64,000 nucleotides of DNA, taken from the NCBI GenBank assembly GCA_963734495.1, contig CAVTHK010000015.1, forward strand, positions 1-64,000. The letters run 5' to 3'. The DNA comes from an uncultured Spirochaetota bacterium (GTDB taxonomy: Bacteria; Spirochaetota; Spirochaetia; SZUA-6; CAVTHK01). Numbering within the stretch: the stretch's first letter is position 1; each line of letters begins with the position of its first letter. Positions 31,734-43,379 of this stretch are shown one piece after another. The position numbers were made by a program, and so were the translations under genes. The notes beneath the pieces were generated by a model. The model saw only the letters and a program-made list of their open reading frames with translations. It was not told where the DNA came from and did no database searches.

Positions 31734-32596
31734 AGGCAGCCACCTGGGGGCGCGCCGGTGCGCGGCAGTGCGACGCTGCTGTTCCGCGCCTTCGCGTTCT
31801 TCGTCGTGTGCGCCGGCGCGCTGTCGATGCTGGTGCCCTTCTTCTGGATGCTCGTCACCTCGCTGAAACCGCCCGGGGAGGTGTTCCTCTACCCGCCGCG
31901 CTGGTGGCCGAGCCAGGTGCGCTTCGAGAACTACAGGGAAGCGCTGACGGCCCTGCCCTTCGGGCAGTGGTACCTGAACACGATCTTCATCACGGTGGTG
32001 AGCACGCTCGGCGACGTCGTCACGGCGTCGCTGGTCGGCTACGCGTTCGCCCGCCTGCGGGCGCCGGGGCGCGACTTCCTCTTCATGCTGGTGATCAGCA
32101 CGATGCTCCTGCCGCACCAGGTCACGATGATCCCGGTGTTCCTGATCTTCAGGAGCATGCACGCGATCGACACCTTCGTGCCGCTCATCGCTGCGGAGCT
32201 GGCTCGGCGGGGGAGCCTTCAACATATTCCTGTGCCGTCAGTTCTTTCTCACGCTGCCGCTCGAGCTCGACGACGCCGCCCGCATCGACGGGTGCGGGGT
32301 GGTCGGGATCTACTGGCGGATCATCCTGCCGCTGTCGAAGCCGGTGCTGGCCGCGGTCACGGCGTTCGCTGCGGTCGCCAAGTGGAACGAGTTCCTCGAC
32401 CCCGTCGATCTACCTGCAGTCGCGGGCCAAGTACGTCGTGTCGATCGGGCTGCGGCTGTTCCAGGACTACCAGGCCACCTCGTACCACTGGCTCATGGCC
32501 GCCGCCGTGGTCACGATGCTCCCGTGCCTCGTCGTCTTCTTCGTCGCGCAGAAGTCGTTCGTGCAGGGGATCGCCACCACCGGCCTCAAGGGGTAG
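31730..32596 (+). CDS. Carbohydrate ABC transporter permease (MalG-like), frameshifted
   Basis: [52 protein letters not shown]. Confidence 0.9.
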   Translation: MKAATWGRAGARQCDAAVPRLRVLRRVRRRAVDAGALLLDARHLAETARGGVPLPAALVAEPGALRELQGSADGPALRAVVPEHDLHHGGEHARRRRHGVAGRLRVRPPAGAGARLPLHAGDQHDAPAAPGHDDPGVPDLQEHARDRHLRAAHRCGAGSAGEPSTYSCAVSSFSRCRSSSTTPPASTGAGWSGSTGGSSCRCRSRCWPRSRRSLRSPSGTSSSTPSIYLQSRAKYVVSIGLRLFQDYQATSYHWLMAAAVVTMLPCLVVFFVAQKSFVQGIATTGLKG

Positions 32597-32610
32597 CCGG
32601 GGCAGGCCGC

Positions 32611-32786
32611 CGCTGCGGGACCGGGCGCCCGCCGCGTCCGGGCCCACCCGGCCGCGGCTCGCCGGCTCCGCGCAGGCCCCGCGTACTCGCGGGGGTGGCT
32701 TTCGGGCTCCGTCCCGGACCTGGCCCGGACGCTTCGGCATTCCCTCCGCTGCGCTGCGGGACCAGGGCGCCAGGCGCGTCCGGGCC
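32611..32786. repeat. GC-rich intergenic direct and inverted repeat element
   Basis: CGCTGCGGGACC(A)GGGCGCC..CGCGTCCGGGCC at 32611-32644 and 32752-32786; inverted GGCCCGGACGC at 32722-32732. Confidence 0.65.
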
Positions 32787-32801
32787 GCGGCATCCCGGAC
32801 C

Positions 32802-32830
32802 TTGACAGCTGCAAAAGCCGCGGGTATATC
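32802..32830 (+). promoter_or_regulatory. Sigma70-type promoter of tRNA-Tyr
   Basis: TTGACA-N17-TATATC, 12 nt before the tRNA. Confidence 0.6.
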
Positions 32831-32842
32831 TTGCGCGCCTAT

Positions 32843-32925
32843 GGGGAGATTCCCGAGTGGTCAAAGGGGGCAGACTGTAAATCTGTTGGCTTTCGCCTTC
32901 GAAGGTTCGAATCCTTCTCTCCCCA
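32843..32925 (+). tRNA. tRNA-Tyr(GTA), no encoded CCA
   Basis: GGGGAGA/TCTCCCC acceptor, CCGAGTGGTCAAAGG D-arm, GCAGA-CTGTAAA-TCTGT anticodon arm, long variable arm, GAAGG-TTCGAAT-CCTTC. Confidence 0.97.
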
Positions 32926-32988
32926 ATCGCATTCCTTGAGAGGCCGCCAGGCGCCTCGGGTCGGACGCCCGGCGAGGAGCTTGCCGGC

Positions 32989-33480
32989 TTGAGTTTCTAC
33001 CGCGACGGAGTCAGGTTCCGAGTGCACCCGCTGCTCGCGGTGCTGCAGACACGAACCGGGCTACGTCTTCCTCAGCGAGCTGGATCTTCGGAATCCCTCG
33101 CCGAGCACCTGCGCCTCACGCAGGACGAAGTTCTCGAACGCTACTGCCGGACCGTCGAGATCGCCGGGATCCCGCGCGTCAGCCTCAAGGAGCGCCCCAA
33201 CTACGACTGCATCTTCTGGGCGCCCGGCAGGGAGTGCACGGTCTACGAGGCGCGGCCGCTGCAGTGCCGCGCTTTTCCCTTCTGGCCGGCGAACATGGCG
33301 AGCCTCGCCGACTGGCAGAGCGGCGGCTCACGCGCTGTCCGGGCATCGGACAGGGGCCGCTGCATTCGCGGCGCACGATCGAGAAGTGGCTCCGCCGCCG
33401 CGAGCGCGAGCCCTTCATGACGCCGCCCGCGGCCCCGTCGGACCCGGCCCGGGTCGCGGGCCGGGTCGGACCTGAGGCCT
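32989..33480 (+). CDS. YkgJ-family cysteine-cluster protein (frameshifted)
   Basis: FYRDGVRFECTRCSRCC, NYDCIFW, CTVYEARPLQCRAFPFW, CPGIG. Confidence 0.82.
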
Positions 33481-33482
33481 CC

Positions 33483-34431
33483 ATGAAGGTGAAGTTCTGG
33501 GGCGTGCGCGGGTCCATCCCGACGCCGCTGACCGCGGACAAGCTCAGGAGCCGCATCGCCGCCGTCATCCAGCGGGTCCGGCCGTCCGACCTCGCCAGCC
33601 CCGAGAGCCGGGAAGCGTTCCTGTGCCGGCTGCCGCCCGTACCTCTTCGGGCTCGTCGGGGGCAACACGACCTGCGTCGAGGTCCGAGGCGACGACGGCG
33701 GCGATGGTGATCATCGACGCCGGCACCGGGATCCGGGAGCTCGGCCTGGAGCTCGCCCGCTGCCGCGAGGCGCCTCGCGAGTACCACGTGCTCATCACGC
33801 ACTATCACTACGACCACCTGCAGGGGCTGCCGTTCTTCGACCCGATCCTCCGCGAAGGGCAACAAGGTGACCTTCTACAGCCCGACCGCCCAGATGGAGA
33901 AGTATATTCGCGGACAGATGAGGGCGCCCTATTTCCCGGTGGGCATGGAAGCGCTGCCCGCCGACGTGGAGTTCCGCGTGCTCGAGGGTCACGCCGCGCG
34001 AGGTCGCGGGAATGCGGTGTCCTGGCGCAAGATGAAGCACCCCGGCGATGCCTATTCCTACCGCTTTTCGCAGCGGCGACAGGAAGATCATCTTCGCGAC
34101 CGACTCCGAGATCACCGAGGCGGAGTTCCAGGACAACGCAGGAGAACAGGGCCTACTTCCAGGGCGCAGACCTGCTGATCCTCGACTCCCAGTACACCCT
34201 GCAGGAGTCGCTGAACAAGATGGACTGGGGGCACACGTCCTACAGCCTGGCGGTCGGACCTGGCCGCGCGGTGGGACATCGGGACGCTGGCGCTCTTCCA
34301 CCACGAGCCGCAGTACCCGGACAAGAAGGTGTACGCGATGCTGCGGTCGGCCAACTGGTACGTCGGGCACCTGGAGCACAGCGGACACGCGGATCGTGCT
34401 GGCGATCGAGGGAACGGAGCTGAGCTTCTGA
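33483..34431 (+). CDS. MBL-fold metallo-hydrolase (frameshifted)
   Basis: VKFWGVRGSIPTP, GGNTTCVE, IIDAGTG, THYHYDHLQGLPFF, HPG, FATDSE, WGH, LFHHEP. Confidence 0.88.
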
Positions 34432-34668
34432 ATGAGCGACGAGAGCGCGGTGCGCCTGTCCGCAGAGGAGGCCCGCAGGCTCTACGCGCGTGCTGGCGGC
34501 GCGCGGGGAAAGCCCGATTCGGTTCTGGGCCGGCTGCTCGCAAAGCTCGAGGGCCACCTGTACCGGACGATGACGATCGAGGAGATCGAGCTTCTGAGGC
34601 AGAGCGCGGATGAGGCGGCGCGCGGGCGCCGGGCAGCAGGGCCGAGGTCCGGGCCGGTGATCGCGTGA
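34432..34668 (+). CDS. Small hypothetical protein
   Basis: LLAKLEGHLYRTMTIEEIE; packed between MBL hydrolase and mltG. Confidence 0.55.
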   Translation: MSDESAVRLSAEEARRLYARAGGARGKPDSVLGRLLAKLEGHLYRTMTIEEIELLRQSADEAARGRRAAGPRSGPVIA

Positions 34669-35713
34669 CCTGGGGCGGAGATGCGCGGTTCGTGGAGAGC
34701 GCCGCCGGCGTCGTGGCCTCCGTCCTGGGGGCGCTGGTGCTGGCGGGGGGCGCGTTCCGGGTGATCAACGGGCCCGGGCGCGGCCCTCGAGAGCGAGAGC
34801 GCGCCTGTTCCGGGTGCGCGAAGGCGACACCGCCGACGCCATCGCCCAGCGGCTGCAGGACGAGAAGCTCGTGCGCTCGGCGGCGCTGGTGCGGGCCGTG
34901 ACCCGCGGTCATGGGCACGGGGTCGGCCTTCAAGGCGGGCAACTACCGCTTCCGCGCCGGCGCCACGGCCCTCGAGATCTACAACGCCCTCGTCTCGGGC
35001 GAGCAGAGCCTCGTCAAGGTCACGGTCCCCGAGGGCTACACGATGGGCAAGCTGGCGGCGCTGCTGGAGCGCCGGCGGGTCTGCTCGCGCGAGGATTTTC
35101 TCCGCGCCGCCCATTCGAAGGAGCTGCTGGCAGCCTGAGGATACCGGCCCGCAGCGCGGAGGGATACCTGTTCCCGGACACCTACTTCCTGCCCGAGGAG
35201 TACCCGGCCGACGAAGTCGTCCGCACGATGGTGGAGAACTTCTTCGCCCGGGTGCGGCAGCTCGAGCCGGAGACCGCGGAATGGAAGCCGGAGGCCCTGC
35301 ACCAGGAGCACGTGATCCTCGCCTCGATCGTGGAGCGCGAGTACCGGATTCCGGCCGAGGCGCCGATCATCGCGTCGGTTTTCCGCAACCGGCTGAGCTA
35401 CGGCATCGGTCTGGAATCGTGCGCCACGGTTGAGTATATTATCACCGAGATCGAGGGGCGGCCGCATCCCGGTTTCATCACCGGTCAAGACATCAAGATC
35501 GACTCGCCGTACAACACGTACAAGTGGGCGGGGCTGCCGCCGGGGCCGATATCGAACCCCGGGCTCGTCGCGCTCGAAGCCGCGTTGCACGCCCCGCAGA
35601 CGGACTACTACTATTTCGTGCTGAAGGATCCGGCGACGGGGGAGCACCACTTCTCGACGAGCCTTCGCGGGCACATCGAGGCCAAGCGGTACTACCTCAA
35701 GAGCCCCAGCTAG
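34665..35713 (+). CDS. mltG: Endolytic transglycosylase (frameshifted)
   Basis: N-terminal TM, KVTVPEG, EGYLFPDTY, ILASIVERE, SPYNTYKWAGLPPGPISNPG. Confidence 0.92.
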
Positions 35714-35821
35714 TCGGGCGCGGCCGGGCCTGACGGGCTGCCAGGCCGGGGCGCGGCCGGCGGCCAGGCCGGGCCGGTGCCGGACAGCTTCAGGGCAGCC
35801 TGGGCGCGCAGGGCGGGGACC

Positions 35822-37583
35822 TTGGCGGAGGAACGGGACAGCAAGGACGAGATCCTCAGGCGCCTCGACATGGCCGAGGTGGTCGGGGAGTACGTGCAGC
35901 TCCGCCGCCGCGGGGACCGGCTGTGGGGGCTGTGCCCGTTCCACAACGAGAAGACGCCGTCGTTCTCGGTCAACCCCGACAAGGGCGTCTTTTACTGCTT
36001 CGGATGCCACAAGGGCGGCGATCTCTTTACCTTCGTCATGGAGGCGGAGAAGCTCTCGTTCGTCGAGGCGCTGCGGCTCCTCGCGGAAAAGGCGGGGGTC
36101 GAGATCGGCGCCGGGCGGACGCCCGCGGACGACCGGCGGGAGGCGCTCCTCGAGCTCAACAAGCGAGTCGCAGGCACCTATGCGTGGCTGCTGCGCGAGA
36201 GCCGGGCGCGCGAGGCGGAGCAGGCGAGGGGGTACCTGCAGTCGCGGGGCTTCGGCCGCGGAAGCGATCGAGCTTTTCCAGGTCGGCTATGCGCCGGAAG
36301 ACCGGGGATGGACGGCGAGGTTTCTCGAGGAGCACGGCTACTCGCGGGAGTTCCTGCGGAGCTCCGGGCTCCTCCGCGACGACCTCGGCGGTCTGTTCCG
36401 GGGCCGCGTGATGTTCCCGATCGAGAACGTGCGGGGAGAGATCCTCGGATTCGGCGGCCGCGCCATGGGCGATGCGCATGCCGAAGTACCTGAACAGCCC
36501 GGAAACGGCCCGGTGTTCCGCAAGCGGGAGGCCGTGTTCGGCCTGCGGCAGGCGGTGGACTCGATCCGGAAGAGCGGGCGCTTCCTCCTGATGGAGGGCT
36601 ACACCGACGTGATGGCGAGCCACCAGGCCGGCGTGACGAACGCGGTCGCCACGCTGGGCACGGCGCTCAGCGAGGATCAGATCCGGCTGATGCGGCGGTA
36701 CGCCGGCGTGGCCGTCCTGGTGCCCGATGCGGACGAGGCGGGCCGGACCGCGGCCCTTCGCGGCCTGGAGTCGCTCGAAGGCGCCGGCTTCGAGGTCGAG
36801 GTCGTGCGCCTGCCGGGCGAAAACGACCCCGCCGACCTGGTGCGCGAAGAGGGTGGCGAGAAGTTGCAAAAACTTCTAAAATATCCTATAAGTGGGTTCG
36901 AGTATCTTCTGGAATACGCCCAGGAGCGATGGGACGCCAGGACCCCTGGAGGAAAAGAAGGTATTTTCAGGCAGTTGCTGCCTCTTCTCAGGAAGACGTC
37001 GTCCGAGGTGAAGCGTGACGGGTATTTTGCGCGACTCGCCGACGTCCTTGAAGTGCGCCCCGAGTCGCTGCGCAGCGAGTTCGCGCGAGGACGCCCGGCG
37101 GAGCCGGAGCCGGCGCGCCGCAAGGCGCCGGGCGCTGTCGCCGGAGCTGTTCATGATGCTCGCGGTCGCCGCGAACCCGGAGCAGTACCCGGCGCTGCGC
37201 GCGCGTGATCTCCGCCTGGAGGACCTGCAGGACCCGAGAGCGCGTCAGGTGTATCTCGCTCTCGAAGAGTGTTTCCGGGCGGAGCAGCAGGGACTGCGGG
37301 CGCTGGTGGAGCGCATCGACGACGCCGACCTGCGGACCTTGATCCTGGAAAAGGCGGCGACCGAGGAGTTCGGCGGCGAACCCCGAGGCGCTCATCCGCG
37401 ACGCGACGCGCTGGCACAAGCGCGGGCGGCTGGAGGAGCGGCGGCAGCGGCTCGTAGCGGAGATCCGTCGCGCGCAAGCGGCGGACCCTGACGCCGTGAG
37501 GCGGCTGCAGGAGGAGAAGATGAGCCTCGATCAGGAGATAGAAGAGCTGAGGGTGGCGACAGGATGTCGGATCTGCAGAATGA
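35822..37583 (+). CDS. dnaG: DNA primase (frameshifted; ends approximate)
   Basis: GLCPFHNEKTPSF..FYCFGC zinc finger, FRGRVMFPI, GFGGR, KYLNSPE, EGYTDV, DADEAG, DPAD. Confidence 0.95.
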
Positions 37584-39293
37584 TCCAGCGGTGATCAAGC
37601 TGCTCGAGTTCGCCAAGGCCAAGTCGAGCATCACCTACGACGAGGTGAGCGACTTTCTGCCCGACACGATCATGGGCACGGAGAAGATGGGCGAGGTCAT
37701 CAGCCTGCTCGAAAAGAACAACATCCGCATGGAGGACGAGGCCGACGCGATCGCGGCGGCCGACGCCCGGCCCGAAGCCGGAGAAGGCGCAGAAGCGGCT
37801 GATCTACAACGAGAAGGACTCGGCGATCGACGATCCTATCCGGCTGTACCTCCGCGAGATCGGCAAGGAGAACCTGCTCACGGCGGAGCAGGAGGTGACG
37901 CTCTCCAAGCGGATGGAGGAGGGCGGGCAGATCATCAAGGACGTCGTGCGGACGTCGCCGCTGATCATCTCGGAGTTCTACCGCCTCGCGAGCAAGGCGC
38001 TGTCCAAGCGCGATCCTCGCGAGCTGAACCTCACGAAGAAGGAGATCTCGGAGTACCTGGCGGAAAAGCGCAGGATCGCGCAGTTCTACAAGGACGCCGA
38101 TGCGGCAGCACCTCTCGGGTCGGTGCGGGCCTACATGGAAGCGAAGCGCTCCCTGGAAGAGAGCGAGCTTTCTCGCCGACGAGGGGCTCGCCAGGAAGCG
38201 GCGCGACCTCGTGACCTGGCTTTCCAAGGTCGACATCCACCCGGACGACATCAACGCGATCTCGGAGCGGTTCGCGGGGGCCGCGCGCAAGATCCGCGAG
38301 ATCCAGCGCGAGCGGGAGAAGATCGAGCGCAGGCTCAAGGTCGCGAGCCAGAAGGACATGCGCAACATCGGGCGCAGGCTGGCGAACCCCAAGGAGAGGG
38401 ACGCGATCGAGAAGGAGCTGGCGCTCCCCGCGGACAAGATCAAGAACAAGATCCGGCTGGTGCAGGTCAACGACAAGAAGCTGAAGAAGCTCGACGCCGA
38501 GTTCGAGAGCAACACCGAGGAGATCCTCTCGATGGCGCGCGAGATCGACCGCGGCCGCCGGATGATGAAGACCGCCAAGGACAAGCTGATCAAGGCCAAC
38601 CTGCGGCTGGTCGTGAGCATCGCGAAGAAGTACACCAACCGGGGGCTGCACTTCTTCGACCTGGTGCAGGAGGGCAACATCGGGCTGATCAAGGCGGTCG
38701 AGAAGTTCGAGTACCGCAAGGGGTACAAGTTCTCGACGTACGCGACCTGGTGGATCCGGCAGGCGATCACCCGCTCCATTTCCGACCAGGCCCGCACCAT
38801 CCGGGTGCCCGTGCACATGATCGAGCAGATCAACAAGGTCCTGCGGGAGTCCCGGCAGCTCATGCAGGTGCTCGGCCGCGAGCCGACGGACGAGGAGGTG
38901 GCGGACAAGCTCGGCTGGTCGGTGAACCGCGTCAAGAGCGTCAAGAACGTGGCGCGGGAGCCGATCTCGCTCGAGACGCCGATCGGCGAGGAAGAAGACT
39001 CGCTGCTCGGGGACTTCATCGAGGACAAGGACGTGGAAAACCCGGCGAGCCAGACCGCGTTCAAGCTGCTGCAGGAGCAGCTCGAGGACGTCCTGGCGAC
39101 GCTGCCGCCGCGCGAGCAGGAAGTCCTCAAGATGAGGTTCGGGCTCGAAGACGGCTACTCGCTCACGCTCGAGGAGGTGGGCCTCTATTTCAACGTGACC
39201 CGCGAGCGCATCAGGCAGATCGAGGCCAAGGCTCTGCGGAGGCTGCGCCATCCCAAGCGCAGCCGGAGACTCAAGGATTATCTGGACAATTGA
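37564..39293 (+). CDS. rpoD: RNA polymerase primary sigma factor (frameshifted)
   Basis: [72 protein letters not shown]. Confidence 0.97.
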
Positions 39294-39294
39294 G

Positions 39295-40106
39295 ATGAAG
39301 AAGACGGAACAGGCCAAAGAAGCCACGATGGAAAAGGTGTTCGAGAAGCTGCGGACCCTGCAGGGGATCCTCTCGCAGAAGTTCGAGATCGAAAAGGAGA
39401 TCGACGAGATCCCCAAGATCCTGTCGACCAAGACGGAGCTGCTGAACCGGCTCAAGAAGACCTACGTCGAGCGCAACGCGGAGTACGAGGCCACCCAGAC
39501 CAAGATCAAGGACATCCGCGAGCGGATGACGTCGGCCGAGCAGGAGCGGCAGAAGTTCGAGCAGCAGATGGACGTCATCAAGACCCAGCGCGAGTACGAG
39601 ACGCTCGACAAGGAAATCAAGGACGCGAACGACCGCGAGCAGAACCTGCGCAAGGACCTGCAGGCCCAGACCAAGCGGCTCGAGGAGATGAAGGTGAGCC
39701 TCGACCGCGAGGCCCAGATGATCGAAAAGCAGGAAGAAGAGGTCAAGGGCGAGCAGTCGCGGCTCAAGCACGAGATCAAGGAGCGGGAAAAGGAGCTCGG
39801 CAAGCTGCAAAAGGACGAGGCCAAGGTCACGCCCGGCCTCGACGGCGAGATCCTGTTCAAGTTCGAGCGGATCATCCGCAGCAAGTCCGGCGTCGGGATC
39901 GTTCCGATCATCAAGGGCGTCTGCACGGGATGTCACATGATCCTCGCGGGGCAGTTCGTCAACGACGTCCGCAGGGGCGACCGTATCCAGTTCTGCCCGC
40001 ACTGCAGCCGCATCCTCTACTACGAGGACCAGGGCGGGGCCGAGGACATGACGGCGTTCGAGACGGGCGCCTTTGCCGCCGAGAAGAGGAAGCCGAGGAG
40101 GAGTAG
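39295..40106 (+). CDS. Coiled-coil C4-type zinc-ribbon (DUF164) protein
   Basis: Long coiled coil, CTGCHMIL...CPHCSRILY; true stop probably TAG 40104-40106 after an indel. Confidence 0.88.
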
Positions 40107-40121
40107 AGACAGGACAGCGAC

Positions 40122-40502
40122 AGGGCAGGCGGGACACCGCTGCCGGCGGCGCGATTGCCGCGTCGCCGGTAGAGGAAAGTCCGGGCTCCGCAGAGCATGG
40201 CACCGGATAACGTCCGGGGGCTCCGGCGCGCAAGCGACGGGTCACAGACAGCGCCACAGAAAACAAACCGCCCGCCCTCGCGCGAGTCCGACGGGAGAGC
40301 AAGGGTGAAAAGGCGGGGTAAGAGCCCACCGCCCGGAGCGGCAACGCCCGGGGCACGGCAAGCCTTGCCAGGAGCAAAGCCAAGCAGCAGGGGGTGGCTC
40401 GCCCCGTACCTGCGGGTAGGCTGCTGCCCATCGACCGCGCGGGCGACCGCCGCGGCCAGAGAGATGGTGTCCGTAAACAGAACCCGGCTTACGGCCTGCC
40501 CT
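40122..40502 (+). ncRNA. rnpB: RNase P RNA (type A)
   Basis: GAGGAAAGTCCGGGCTCC, AGCGCCACAGAAA, GGGTGAAAAGGCGGGGTAAGAGCCCACC, GGCAAGCC..GAGCAA, ACAGAACCCGGCTTAC; P1 AGGGCAGGC/GCCTGCCCT. Confidence 0.96.
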
Positions 40503-40534
40503 TTTTCTTCATGGGTCAGGGAGGGGACCTTCGG

Positions 40535-41489
40535 ATGTATCGCAATCTCGATCGCTACCGGTACAGCAATCCCGTGCGCGCCCGCAAGCGGCGCGTGCGC
40601 CTTTTGCTGGCGGCGTGCATCCTGGTGGCGGCGGTCGGGCTCGCGGTCCTCGGCATCCTCTTCCTGCGGCCGGCCCTCGAGCGGCGGTCGGCGGCCCGGG
40701 GGCAGCACGCGGACCTGGCCGCGCTCTGGCGCCAGGGGCTGTACCGCGAGGTCGCGACCGCCGCGTCGCAGGAGCTCGAGCGGGAGCCGATGAGCTGGAG
40801 GCCCCTGGCGTACTTCGGGCTCGCCAGCTACTACCGCGCCTACCAGGAAAAAGCCCTCGAAGACCGGATCCCGCTGCTCGATCAGGCGATCGCGGCGCTG
40901 CGGCGCGCGCGTCTCGACCCGAAAGCCCCGGCCCGCGGGCAGATCGAGCAGGCTCTCGGCGAGGCCTACTACTACAAGGGCCGCTTCTACTACGACCTCG
41001 CGGTCAAGTACATCGAAAGCGCGATCGCCTCCGGGTACATCGACCGCAACGCCCACGAGTACCTCGGTCTCGCGTACGGGGGGCTCGGTGACGCCGCAGC
41101 GCGAGCTCGCCGCGTTCCAGAAGGCGGCGGAGAAGGACCCGTCGGACCTGCTGCTGCTCTCCATCGGCAAGAGCTATCTCAAGCTCGGCCAGAGGCAGCA
41201 GGCGGAAGAAAACCTGCTGCGGGCCTTGAACAAAACCGAAGACCCGAATATAGAGAAGGAGAGCCGATTCAGGCTGGCCGACATCTACCGGGAGCGGGGG
41301 GACCTCGTCAAGGCCGAGGCGGAGTACCACGCTATCGTCGCAGTCGACCCTGATTCTGCTGAGGCGCATTTCCAGCTCGGCGAGCTGTACAGTGCGATGA
41401 ACGATCCGGTGAGGGCGCGGGCGGAGTACCGCAGGACGCTGGTGATCGACCCGACTCACTACGGGGCCAAGCGGCGGTACTACCGGTAG
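40535..41489 (+). CDS. Membrane-anchored TPR protein (frameshift ~41095)
   Basis: N-terminal TM; LGEAYYYKG, EAHFQLGELY TPR motifs; lies between rnpB and mreB. Confidence 0.82.
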
Positions 41490-41504
41490 GGTGGAGGGGG
41501 CGGG

Positions 41505-42539
41505 ATGGCACTGGGGGGATTGATCAACGGTTTGTCGACCGACCTGGGGATGGACCTGGGTACGTGCACGACGCTCATCTACATCAAGGGCAAGGGCGTC
41601 GTGCTCTACGAGCCGTCGGTCGTCGCGATCGAGAAGGGCACGAAGAGGGTCGTCGCCGTCGGGACGGAAGCTAAAAAGATGCTCTGGCGGACGCCCGGCG
41701 ACATCGTCGCGATCCGGCCGCTGAGGGACGGGGTCATCGCCGACTTCGAGATGACCGAGAAGATGATGCGGTACTTCATCGGCAAGGTCCTGCCGAACCG
41801 CTGGCTCATCAAGCCGCGCATGGTCATCGGGGTGCCTTCGGGAATCACGGAGGTGGAAAAGCGCGCCGTCCGCGAGAGCGCGGAGCAGGCGGGAGCGAGG
41901 GACCCCGTGTACCTCATCGAAGAGTCGATGGCGGCGTCGATCGGCGCGGACATCCCCATATACGAGCCTGCCGGGCACATGATCTGCGACATCGGCGGGG
42001 GTACGACGGAGATCTCGGTGATCTCGCTGGGCGGGATGGTGGTGTCGAACACGATCCGCATCGGCGGCGACGAGTTCGACGAAGCCATCATCAAGCACGT
42101 GCGCAACGTGCACAACCTGCGGATCGGCGAGCAGACCTCCGAGACGCTCAAGATGACGATCGGCAACGCGATCTCCGACGGCCAGATCGAGAAGATGGAA
42201 ATCAAGGGGACCGACGCGATCACGGGCCTTCCACGCCGCATCGAGGTCGATTCGGTCGAGGTCCGCGAAGCGCTGCAGGGGCCGATCAACGCGGTCATCG
42301 ACGAGGTCAAGCGGACGCTCGGCCAGACGCCGCCTGAGCTGGCCGCCGACATCGTGGAGCGCGGGATCGTGATGAGCGGAGGGGGCTCGCTGCTCAAGGG
42401 GCTGCCCAAGCTGATCGCCAAGGAGACCGGAGTGCCTGTGATCCTGGCCGAGAACCCGATGATGTGCGTGGCCATCGGGGCGGGCCGGTTCCTTGAGACG
42501 CTCAAGGAGAACAGCAGGCGCTTCTACAGCAAAGGCTGA
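41505..42539 (+). CDS. mreB: Rod shape-determining protein MreB
   Basis: [45 protein letters not shown]. Confidence 0.97.
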   Translation: MALGGLINGLSTDLGMDLGTCTTLIYIKGKGVVLYEPSVVAIEKGTKRVVAVGTEAKKMLWRTPGDIVAIRPLRDGVIADFEMTEKMMRYFIGKVLPNRWLIKPRMVIGVPSGITEVEKRAVRESAEQAGARDPVYLIEESMAASIGADIPIYEPAGHMICDIGGGTTEISVISLGGMVVSNTIRIGGDEFDEAIIKHVRNVHNLRIGEQTSETLKMTIGNAISDGQIEKMEIKGTDAITGLPRRIEVDSVEVREALQGPINAVIDEVKRTLGQTPPELAADIVERGIVMSGGGSLLKGLPKLIAKETGVPVILAENPMMCVAIGAGRFLETLKENSRRFYSKG

Positions 42540-43378
42540 TGCTCCGCGAATTCTTCTCCAAGCGCAGGAACGGCACGACGTTCGTCGCGCTGGCCGGCGC
42601 GTCGATCGCCCTGATCCTCGCCTCGACGGGCGCCAATCTGGACCTGCCCAAGGCCGTGGGGCTCGGGCTGTTCGCGACCGTCCAGAGGACGATCACCGGT
42701 TCCGTGCAATGGGTTCGCAGCACCTTCGACTCGATCGGCGAGCTCCGGCGCACGCGGGAGGAGCTCGAGGTCCTGCGCGGGCGGCTGCAGGAGGCCGAGC
42801 GGGTGTCGCGAGACATCGTGCGCCTCCGCCGGGAGAACGAACAGCTGCGCGAGCTCGTCGGGCTCGCGGAGCGGACGCCGTACCGCAACTTTCCCGCCAG
42901 GGTCATCGCGAAACAGCCCGGCAACACGTCGAGCCAGCTCGTCCTCGACCGGGGCGGCCTCGACGGGGTCCGCCGCATGATGCCCGTCATCGCCCAGCAG
43001 CGGGGGATCACGGCGCTGGTCGGCAAGGTCGTTACCGTGAGCCGCCGCACGTGCGCCGTGCTGCCGATCACCGGGCAGACGAGCTACGTGGCCGCGCGCC
43101 TCGAGGCGTCCCGCTACGACGGGCTGCTCGCGGGCCAGGGCGAGGCGAGCCCCTTTCTGCTGCTGACCCACGTGAGCACGCTCGCGGTCAAGGAGATCGC
43201 CTACGGCGACGTCGTGGTGACCTCCGGACTGGGACAGCTCTTCCCGGCCGACATCCAGATCGGCCGGGTGCGCACGATCCGGTCCCTGCCTCAGGCGTCG
43301 TCTCTCGAGCTCGAGGTCGAGCCCTTTATCGACATGTCGCGGCTCGAGCAGGTCCTCATCGTGGACACGGGACAATAG
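42539..43378 (+). CDS. mreC: Rod shape-determining protein MreC
   Basis: TM, coiled coil LRRENEQLRELV, DRGGLDGV, GDVVVTSGLGQLFP. Confidence 0.93.
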   Translation: MLREFFSKRRNGTTFVALAGASIALILASTGANLDLPKAVGLGLFATVQRTITGSVQWVRSTFDSIGELRRTREELEVLRGRLQEAERVSRDIVRLRRENEQLRELVGLAERTPYRNFPARVIAKQPGNTSSQLVLDRGGLDGVRRMMPVIAQQRGITALVGKVVTVSRRTCAVLPITGQTSYVAARLEASRYDGLLAGQGEASPFLLLTHVSTLAVKEIAYGDVVVTSGLGQLFPADIQIGRVRTIRSLPQASSLELEVEPFIDMSRLEQVLIVDTGQ

Positions 43379-43379
43379 A

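Noticed and set aside
32685-32700. ACTCGCGGGGGTGGCT as a second degenerate tRNA-Thr 3' end
   Set aside because: Only 12/16 match in very GC-rich sequence and no TTCG T-loop; compatible with chance.
35822-39293. Programmed frameshifting or pseudogenes in dnaG, rpoD and other core genes
   Set aside because: Too many breaks in essential genes with no consistent slippery motif; sequencing error is the simpler explanation.
39295-40308. Zn-ribbon ORF extending through rnpB (protein/RNA overlap)
   Set aside because: A one-base indel in the GAG/GAA-rich tail restores an acidic end and TAG at 40104-40106, before rnpB.
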